A stretch of 64,000 bases of DNA from the human T2T-CHM13v2.0 reference genome, Homo sapiens, in assembly GCF_009914755.1 (NCBI RefSeq), contig NC_060934.1; one strand, written 5' to 3'. Of the stretch, positions 54,701 through 64,000 are shown one piece after another. The notes below the pieces were generated by a model, which had not been told where the DNA came from, did not search any database, and saw only the letters and a program-made list of their open reading frames with translations. The stretch's first letter is position 1. Each line of letters begins with the position of its first letter. A program made the position numbers and the translations under genes.

Positions 54701-57700
54701 AGACCCCTTTGAGGCCTTCGTTGGAAGCGGGATTTCTCATTTACTGCTAGACAGAAGAATTCTCAGTAAATCCTTTGTGTTGTGTGTATTCAACTCACAG
54801 AGTGGAACCTTCCTTTATTCAGAGCAGTTTTGAAAAACACTTTTTGTGGAATTTGCAAGTGGAGATTTCAAGCGATTTGACGCCAATCTTAGACATGGAA
54901 ATATCTTCATATTAAAAGTACACAGAGTCATTCGTAGAAACTAGTTTGTGATGTGTGCCTTCAACTCACAGAGTTTAACCTTTCTTTTCATAGAGCAGTT
55001 TGGAAACACTCTATTTGTAAAGTCTGCAAGTGGATATTTGGACCTCTTTGAGGCCTTCGTTGGAAACGGGATTTCTTCATACAACGCTAGACAGAAGAAT
55101 TCTCAGTAACTTCTTTGTGTTGTGTGTATTCAACTCACAGAGTTGAACCTTTCTTTAGAGAGAGCAGAGTTGAAACACTCTGTTTTTGGAATTTGCAACT
55201 GCAGATTTCAAGCGATTCTAGGCCTATGGCAGAAAAGGAAATATCTTCGTATAAAAACTACACAGAATCATTCTCAACAACTACTTTGTGATGTGTGCGT
55301 TCAACTCACAGAGTTTAACCTTTCTTTTCATAGAGCAGTTTGGAAACACTCTGTTTGTAAAGCCTGCAAGTGCTTTTTTGGACTTCATTGAGGCCTTCGT
55401 TGGAAACGGGATTTCTTCATATAATGCTAGACAGAAGAATTCTCAGTCACTTCTTTGTGTTGTGTGTATTCAAGTCACAGAGTTGAACCTTCCTTTAGAC
55501 AGAGCAGTTTTGAAAAATTCTTTCTGTGTAATTTGCAAGTGGAGATTTCAAGCGATTTGAGGCTAATCTTTGAAATGGAAATATCTTCGTGTAAAAACTA
55601 CACAGAATCATTCTCAGAAACTGCTTTGTCATCTGTGCGTTCAGTTCACAGAGTTTCACCTTTCTCTTCATAGAGCAGTTTGGAAAGACTCTGTCTGTAA
55701 AGTCTGCAAGTGATTAGTTAGACGGCTTTGAGGCCTTCGTTGGAAGCGGGATTTCTCATTTACTGCTAGACAGAAGAATTCTCAGTAAATCCTTTGTGTT
55801 GTGTGTATTCAACTCACAGAGTGGAACCTTCCTTTATTCAGAGCAGTTTTGAAACACTCTTTTTGTGGAATTTGCAAGTGGAGATTTCAAGCGATTTGAC
55901 GCCAATCTTAGACATGGAAATATCTTCATATTAAAAGTACACAGAGTCATTCGTAGAAACTAGTTTGTGATGTGTGCCTTCAACTCACAGAGTTTAACCT
56001 TTCTTTTCATAGAGCAGTTGGGAAACACTCTATTTGTAAAGTCTGCAAGTGGATATTTGGACCTCTTTGAGGCCTTCGTTGGAAACGGGATTTCTTCATA
56101 TAACGCTAGACAGAAGAATTCTCAGTAACTTCTTTGTGTTGTGTGTATTCAACTCACAGAGTTGAACCTTTCTTTAGAGGGAGCAGAGGTGAAACACTCT
56201 TTTTGTGGAATTTGCTAGTGTAGATTTCAAACGCTTCGAAGACAGTGATAGAAAAGGATATATCTTCGTATTAAAAATAGACAAAATCATTCTCAGAAAA
56301 CTCTTTGTGATGTGTGTGTTCAACTCACAGAGTTTAACCTTTCTTTAATCGAGCAGTTTGGAAATACACTCTTTGTAAGTCTGCAGGTGGATATTTGGCC
56401 CTCTTTGAGCCCTTCGTTGGAAACGGGATTTCCTCATATAATGCTAGACAGAAGAATTCTCAGTAACTTCTTTGTGTTGTTTGTATTCAACACACAGATT
56501 TGAACCTTCCTTTAGAGAGAGCAGATTTGAAACACTCTGTTTTTGGAATTTGCAAGTGCAGATTTCAAGCGCTTCTAGGCCTATGGCAGAAAAGGAAATA
56601 TCTTCGTATAAAAACTACACAGAATCATTCTCAACAACTACTTTGTGATGTGTGCGTTCAACTCACAGAGTTTAACCTTTCTTTTCATAGAGCAGTTTGG
56701 AAACACTCTGTTTGTAAAGCCTGCAAGTGCTTTTTTGGACTTCATTGAGGCCTTCGTTGGAAACGGGATTTCTTCATATAATGCTAGACAGAAGAATTCT
56801 CAGTCACTTCTTTGTGTTGTGTGTATTCAAGTCACAGAGTTGAGCCTTCCTTTAGACAGAGCAGTTTTGAAAAATTCTTTCTGTGGAGTTTGCAAGTGGA
56901 GATTTCAAGCGATTTGAGGCTAATCTTTGAAATGGAAATATCTTCGTGTAAAAACTACACAGAATCATTCTCAGAAACTGCTTTGTCATCTGTGCGTTCA
57001 GTTCACAGAGTTTCACCTTTCTCTTCATAGAGCAGTTTGGAAAGACTCTGTCTGTAAAGTCTGCAAGTGATTAGTTAGACCCCTTTGAGGCCTTCGTTGG
57101 AAGCGGGATTTCTCATTTACTGCTAGACAGAAGAATTCTCAGTAAATCCTTTGTGTTGTGTGTATTCAACTCACAGAGTGGAACCTTCCTTTATTCAGAG
57201 CAGTTTTGAAAAACACTTTTTGTGGAATTTGCAAGTGGAGATTTCAAGCGATTTGACGCCAATCTTAGACATGGAAATATCTTCATATTAAAAGTACACA
57301 GAGTCATTCGTAGAAACTAGTTTGTGATGTGTGCCTTCAACTCACAGAGTTTAACCTTTCTTTTCATAGAGCAGTTTGGAAACACTCTATTTGTAAAGTC
57401 TGCAAGTGGATATTTGGACCTCTTTGAGGCCTTCGTTGGAAACGGGATTTCTTCATACAACGCTAGACAGAAGTATTCTCAGTAACTTCTTTGTGTTGTG
57501 TGTATTCAACTCACAGAGTTGAACCTTTCTTTAGAGAGAGCAGAGTTGAAACACTCTGTTTTTGGAATTTGCAACTGCAGATTTCAAGCCATTCTAGGCC
57601 TATGGCAGAAAAGGAAATATCTTCGTATAAAAACTACACAGAATCATTCTCAACAACTACTTTGTGATGTGTGCGTTCAACTCACAGAGTTTAACCTTTC

Positions 57701-60700
57701 TTTTCATAGAGCAGTTTGGAAACACTCTGTTTGTAAAGCCTGCAAGTGCTTTTTTGGACTTCATTGAGGCCTTCGTTGGAAACGGGATTTCTTCATATAA
57801 TGCTAGACAGAAGAATTCTCAGTCACTTCTTTGTGTTGTGTGTATTCAAGTCACAGAGTTGAACCTTCCTTTAGACAGAGCAGTTTTGAAAAATTCTTTC
57901 TGTGTAATTTGCAAGTGGAGATTTCAAGCGATTTGAGGCTAATCTTTGAAATGGAAATATCTTCGTGTAAAAACTACACAGAATCATTCTCAGAAACTGC
58001 TTTGTCATCTGTGCGTTCAGTTCACAGAGTTTCACCTTTCTCTTCATAGAGCAGTTTGGAAAGACTCTGTCTGTAAAGTCTGCAAGTGATTAGTTAGACC
58101 CCTTTGAGGCCTTCGTTGGAAGCGGGATTTCTCATTTACTGCTAGACAGAAGAATTCTCAGTAAATCCTTTGTGTTGTGTGTATTCAACTCACAGAGTGG
58201 AACCTTCCTTTATTCAGAGCAGTTTTGAAACACTCTTTTTGTGGAATTTGCAAGTGGAGATTTCAAGCGATTTGACGCCAATCTTAGACATGGAAATATC
58301 TTCATATTAAAAGTACACAGAGTCATTCGTAGAAACTAGTTTGTGATGTGTGCCTTCAACTCACAGAGTTTAACCTTTCTTTTCATAGAGCAGTTGGGAA
58401 ACACTCTATTTGTAAAGTCTGCAAGTGGATATTTGGACCTCTTTGAGGCCTTCGTTGGAAACGGGATTTCTTCATATAACGCTAGACAGAAGAATTCTCA
58501 GTAACTTCTTTGTGTTGTGTGTATTCAACTCACAGAGTTGAACCTTTCTTTAGAGGGAGCAGAGGTGAAACACTCTTTTTGTGGAATTTGCTAGTGTAGA
58601 TTTCAAACGCTTCGAAGACAGTGATAGAAAAGGATATATCTTCGTATTAAAAGTAGACAAAATCATTCTCAGAAAACTCTTTGTGATGTGTGTGTTCAAC
58701 TCACAGAGTTTAACCTTTCTTTAATCGAGCAGTTTGGAAATACACTCTTTGTAAGTCTGCAGGTGGATATTTGGCCCTCTTTGAGCCCTTCGTTGGAAAC
58801 GGGATTTCCTCATATAATGCTAGACAGAAGAATTCTCAGTAACTTCTTTGTGTTGTTTGTATTCAACACACAGATTTGAACCTTCCTTTAGAGAGAGCAG
58901 ATTTGAAACACTCTGTTTTTGGAATTTGCAAGTGCAGATTTCAAGCGCTTCTAGGCCTATGGCAGAAAAGGAAATATCTTCGTATAAAAACTACACAGAA
59001 TCATTCTCAACAACTACTTTGTGATGTGTGCGTTCAACTCACAGAGTTTAACCTTTCTTTTCATAGAGCAGTTTGGAAACACTCTGTTTGTAAAGCCTGC
59101 AAGTGCTTTTTTGGACTTCATTGAGGCCTTCGTTGGAAACGGGATTTCTTCATATAATGCTAGACAGAAGAATTCTCAGTCACTTCTTTGTGTTGTGTGT
59201 ATTCAAGTCACAGAGTTGAGCCTTCCTTTAGACAGAGCAGTTTTGAAAAATTCTTTCTGTGGAGTTTGCAAGTGGAGATTTCAAGCGATTTGAGGCTAAT
59301 CTTTGAAATGGAAATATCTTCGTGTAAAAACTACACAGAATCATTCTCAGAAACTGCTTTGTCATCTGTGCGTTCAGTTCACAGAGTTTCACCTTTCTCT
59401 TCATAGAGCAGTTTGGAAAGACTCTGTCTGTAAAGTCTGCAAGTGATTAGTTAGACCCCTTTGAGGCCTTCGTTGGAAGCGGGATTTCTCATTTACTGCT
59501 AGACAGAAGAATTCTCAGTAAATCCTTTGTGTTGTGTGTATTCAACTCACAGAGTGGAACCTTCCTTTATTCAGAGCAGTTTTGAAAAACACTTTTTGTG
59601 GAATTTGCAAGTGGAGATTTCAAGCGATTTGACGCCAATCTTAGACATGGAAATATCTTCATATTAAAAGTACACAGAGTCATTCGTAGAAACTAGTTTG
59701 TGATGTGTGCCTTCAACTCACAGAGTTTAACCTTTCTTTTCATAGAGCAGTTTGGAAACACTCTATTTGTAAAGTCTGCAAGTGGATATTTGGACCTCTT
59801 TGAGGCCTTCGTTGGAAACGGGATTTCTTCATACAACGCTAGACAGAAGTATTCTCAGTAACTTCTTTGTGTTGTGTGTATTCAACTCACAGAGTTGAAC
59901 CTTTCTTTAGAGAGAGCAGAGTTGAAACACTCTGTTTTTGGAATTTGCAACTGCAGATTTCAAGCCATTCTAGGCCTATGGCAGAAAAGGAAATATCTTC
60001 GTATAAAAACTACACAGAATCATTCTCAACAACTACTTTGTGATGTGTGCGTTCAACTCACAGAGTTTAACCTTTCTTTTCATAGAGCAGTTTGGAAACA
60101 CTCTGTTTGTAAAGCCTGCAAGTGCTTTTTTGGACTTCATTGAGGCCTTCGTTGGAAACGGGATTTCTTCATATAATGCTAGACAGAAGAATTCTCAGTC
60201 ACTTCTTTGTGTTGTGTGTATTCAAGTCACAGAGTTGAACCTTCCTTTAGACAGAGCAGTTTTGAAAAATTCTTTCTGTGTAATTTGCAAGTGGAGATTT
60301 CAAGCGATTTGAGGCTAATCTTTGAAATGGAAATATCTTCGTGTAAAAACTACACAGAATCATTCTCAGAAACTGCTTTGTCATCTGTGCGTTCAGTTCA
60401 CAGAGTTTCACCTTTCTCTTCATAGAGCAGTTTGGAAAGACTCTGTCTGTAAAGTCTGCAAGTGATTAGTTAGACCCCTTTGAGGCCTTCGTTGGAAGCG
60501 GGATTTCTCATTTACTGCTAGACAGAAGAATTCTCAGTAAATCCTTTGTGTTGTGTGTATTCAACTCACAGAGTGGAACCTTCCTTTATTCAGAGCAGTT
60601 TTGAAACACTCTTTTTGTGGAATTTGCAAGTGGAGATTTCAAGCGATTTGACGCCAATCTTAGACATGGAAATATCTTCATATTAAAAGTACACAGAGTC

Positions 60701-63700
60701 ATTCGTAGAAACTAGTTTGTGATGTGTGCCTTCAACTCACAGAGTTTAACCTTTCTTTTCATAGAGCAGTTGGGAAACACTCTATTTGTAAAGTCTGCAA
60801 GTGGATATTTGGACCTCTTTGAGGCCTTCGTTGGAAACGGGATTTCTTCATATAACGCTAGACAGAAGAATTCTCAGTAACTTCTTTGTGTTGTGTGTAT
60901 TCAACTCACAGAGTTGAACCTTTCTTTAGAGGGAGCAGAGGTGAAACACTCTTTTTGTGGAATTTGCTAGTGTAGATTTCAAACGCTTCGAAGACAGTGA
61001 TAGAAAAGGATATATCTTCGTATTAAAAGTAGACAAAATCATTCTCAGAAAACTCTTTGTGATGTGTGTGTTCAACTCACAGAGTTTAACCTTTCTTTAA
61101 TCGAGCAGTTTGGAAATACACTCTTTGTAAGTCTGCAGGTGGATATTTGGCCCTCTTTGAGCCCTTCGTTGGAAACGGGATTTCCTCATATAATGCTAGA
61201 CAGAAGAATTCTCAGTAACTTCTTTGTGTTGTTTGTATTCAACACACAGATTTGAACCTTCCTTTAGAGAGAGCAGATTTGAAACACTCTGTTTTTGGAA
61301 TTTGCAAGTGCAGATTTCAAGCGCTTCTAGGCCTATGGCAGAAAAGGAAATATCTTCGTATAAAAACTACACAGAATCATTCTCAACAACTACTTTGTGA
61401 TGTGTGCGTTCAACTCACAGAGTTTAACCTTTCTTTTCATAGAGCAGTTTGGAAACACTGTTTGTAAAGCCTGCAAGTGCTTTTTTGGACTTCATTGAGG
61501 CCTTCGTTGGAAACGGGATTTCTTCATATAATGCTAGACAGAAGAATTCTCAGTCACTTCTTTGTGTTGTGTGTATTCAAGTCACAGAGTTGAGCCTTCC
61601 TTTAGACAGAGCAGTTTTGAAAAATTCTTTCTGTGGAGTTTGCAAGTGGAGATTTCAAGCGATTTGAGGCTAATCTTTGAAATGGAAATATCTTCGTGTA
61701 AAAACTACACAGAATCATTCTCAGAAACTGCTTTGTCATCTGTGCGTTCAGTTCACAGAGTTTCACCTTTCTCTTCATAGAGCAGTTTGGAAAGACTCTG
61801 TCTGTAAAGTCTGCAAGTGATTAGTTAGACCCCTTTGAGGCCTTCGTTGGAAGCGGGATTTCTCATTTACTGCTAGACAGAAGAATTCTCAGTAAATCCT
61901 TTGTGTTGTGTGTATTCAACTCACAGAGTGGAACCTTCCTTTATTCAGAGCAGTTTTGAAAAACACTTTTTGTGGAATTTGCAAGTGGAGATTTCAAGCG
62001 ATTTGACGCCAATCTTAGACATGGAAATATCTTCATATTAAAAGTACACAGAGTCATTCGTAGAAACTAGTTTGTGATGTGTGCCTTCAACTCACAGAGT
62101 TTAACCTTTCTTTTCATAGAGCAGTTTGGAAACACTCTATTTGTAAAGTCTGCAAGTGGATATTTGGACCTCTTTGAGGCCTTCGTTGGAAACGGGATTT
62201 CTTCATACAACGCTAGACAGAAGTATTCTCAGTAACTTCTTTGTGTTGTGTGTATTCAACTCACAGAGTTGAACCTTTCTTTAGAGAGAGCAGAGTTGAA
62301 ACACTCTGTTTTTGGAATTTGCAACTGCAGATTTCAAGCCATTCTAGGCCTATGGCAGAAAAGGAAATATCTTCGTATAAAAACTACACAGAATCATTCT
62401 CAACAACTACTTTGTGATGTGTGCGTTCAACTCACAGAGTTTAACCTTTCTTTTCATAGAGCAGTTTGGAAACACTCTGTTTGTAAAGCCTGCAAGTGCT
62501 TTTTTGGACTTCATTGAGGCCTTCGTTGGAAACGGGATTTCTTCATATAATGCTAGACAGAAGAATTCTCAGTCACTTCTTTGTGTTGTGTGTATTCAAG
62601 TCACAGAGTTGAACCTTCCTTTAGACAGAGCAGTTTTGAAAAATTCTTTCTGTGTAATTTGCAAGTGGAGATTTCAAGCGATTTGAGGCTAATCTTTGAA
62701 ATGGAAATATCTTCGTGTAAAAACTACACAGAATCATTCTCAGAAACTGCTTTGTCATCTGTGCGTTCAGTTCACAGAGTTTCACCTTTCTCTTCATAGA
62801 GCAGTTTGGAAAGACTCTGTCTGTAAAGTCTGCAAGTGATTAGTTAGACCCCTTTGAGGCCTTCGTTGGAAGCGGGATTTCTCATTTACTGCTAGACAGA
62901 AGAATTCTCAGTAAATCCTTTGTGTTGTGTGTATTCAACTCACAGAGTGGAACCTTCCTTTATTCAGAGCAGTTTTGAAAAACACTTTTTGTGGAATTTG
63001 CAAGTGGAGATTTCAAGCGATTTGACGCCAATCTTAGACATGGAAATATCTTCATATTAAAAGTACACAGAGTCATTCGTAGAAACTAGTTTGTGATGTG
63101 TGCCTTCAACTCACAGAGTTTAACCTTTCTTTTCATAGAGCAGTTGGGAAACACTCTATTTGTAAAGTCTGCAAGTGGATATTTGGACCTCTTTGAGGCC
63201 TTCGTTGGAAACGGAATTTCTTCATATAACGCTAGACAGAAGAATTCTCAGTAACTTCTTTGTGTTGTGTGTATTCAACTCACAGAGTTGAACCTTTCTT
63301 TAGAGGGAGCAGAGGTGAAACACTCTTTTTGTGGAATTTGCTAGTGTAGATTTCAAACGCTTCGAAGACAGTGATAGAAAAGGATATATCTTCGTATTAA
63401 AAGTAGACAAAATCATTCTCAGAAAACTCTTTGTGATGTGTGTGTTCAACTCACAGAGTTTAACCTTTCTTTAATCGAGCAGTTTGGAAATACACTCTTT
63501 GTAAGTCTGCAGGTGGATATTTGGTCCTCTTTGAGCCCTTCGTTGGAAACGGGATTTCCTCATATAATGCTAGACAGAAGAATTCTCAGTAACTTCTTTG
63601 TGTTGTTTGTATTCAACACACAGATTTGAACCTTCCTTTAGAGAGAGCAGATTTGAAACACTCTGTTTTTGGAATTTGCAAGTGCAGATTTCAAGCGCTT

Positions 63701-64000
63701 CTAGGCCTATGGCAGAAAAGGAAATATCTTCGTATAAAAACTACACAGAATCATTCTCAACAACTACTTTGTGATGTGTGCGTTCAACTCACAGAGTTTA
63801 ACCTTTCTTTTCATAGAGCAGTTTGGAAACACTCTGTTTGTAAAGCCTGCAAGTGCTTTTTTGGACTTCATTGAGGCCTTCGTTGGAAACGGGATTTCTT
63901 CATATAATGCTAGACAGAAGAATTCTCAGTCACTTCTTTGTGTTGTGTGTATTCAAGTCACAGAGTTGAGCCTTCCTTTAGACAGAGCAGTTTTGAAAAA
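45784..64000 (+). repeat. Regular 14-mer domain (strict 8-6 alternation)
   Basis: 8-mer starts at 45784, 48160, 50536, 52912, 55288, 57664, 60040 and 62414. Period is 2376, and 2374 for the last interval because of a 2-bp deletion. Confidence 0.93.
63200..63216 (+). other. Core-disrupted CENP-B box (CTTCGTTGGAAACGGAA)
   Basis: G16>A at 63215 breaks the essential CGGG. Confidence 0.88.

Larger units (their letters stand above)
1..64000 (+). repeat. Centromeric alpha satellite HOR array (SF1-type dimeric; mixed 8-mer/6-mer HOR; probably human chr10 D10Z1)
   Basis: Continuous ~170 bp monomers with alphoid motifs (CATTCTCAGAAACT, TGTGTATTCAACTCACAGAGTTGAAC, AGAGCAGTTTGGAAACACTCT). CENP-B boxes and EcoRI sites recur about every 340 bp. 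HOR periods of 1019 and 1357 bp follow from ORF-track spacing. Copies are near-identical, with no interruption or inversion seen. Alpha satellite identity is secure; the chromosome assignment is inference only. Confidence 0.99.

Noticed and set aside
292-63770. 8/6 order as a functional code
   Set aside because: The pattern is adequately explained by nested duplications traced with SNP markers. Nothing in the sequence supports a coding function.
126-63874. Recurrent 63-90 aa ORFs (MCIQLTEL..., MMCAFNSQ..., MCCVYSSH..., MCVQLTEF..., MNLPLERA...)
   Set aside because: They are overlapping frames of satellite monomers, many starting at TTG/GTG, with no recognisable domain. They recur only because the DNA repeats, and they are disrupted by stop or frameshift variants.
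59-63894. CRISPR-like pattern of a conserved motif (GGCCTTCGTTGGAAACGGGATTTC) at regular spacing
   Set aside because: Spacing is ~340 bp, the intervening DNA is itself repeated alphoid sequence rather than unique spacers, and there are no cas genes. The motif is the CENP-B box.
1-64000. Inversion, L1/Alu insertion or non-alphoid island
   Set aside because: Unit lengths sum exactly to the span 292-63770, and the CENP-B boxes I read are all on the + strand, which leaves no room for foreign sequence.

Overview
The whole 64 kb window is one uninterrupted, single-orientation array of primate (human-type) centromeric alpha satellite. It has about 377 monomers of ~170 bp, organised as A/B dimers (338-340 bp) with a CENP-B box in every second monomer, which fits suprachromosomal family 1. 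Two higher-order repeat (HOR) units are interleaved: an 8-monomer unit (1357 bp, 22 copies) and a 6-monomer unit (1019 bp, 33 copies). The 6-mer derives from the 8-mer by loss of one dimer through a hybrid monomer. 8-mers are never adjacent, so the real building block is a 14-mer (8+6, 2376 bp), locally expanded to 20-, 26- and 32-mers. The best fit is human chromosome 10 D10Z1, but I could not verify this. I see no protein genes, RNA genes, transposons or CRISPR arrays, and all listed ORFs are artefacts of the repeat. What is informative is array evolution: SNP haplotypes show an ~18 kb tandem duplication (6401-24394 vs 24395-47140), nested 5.8-9.5 kb duplications, chimeric units, a CENP-B box variant clade and one core-disrupted CENP-B box. 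I found no evidence of a new gene-based system. SNP positions were read by eye and should be confirmed by alignment.
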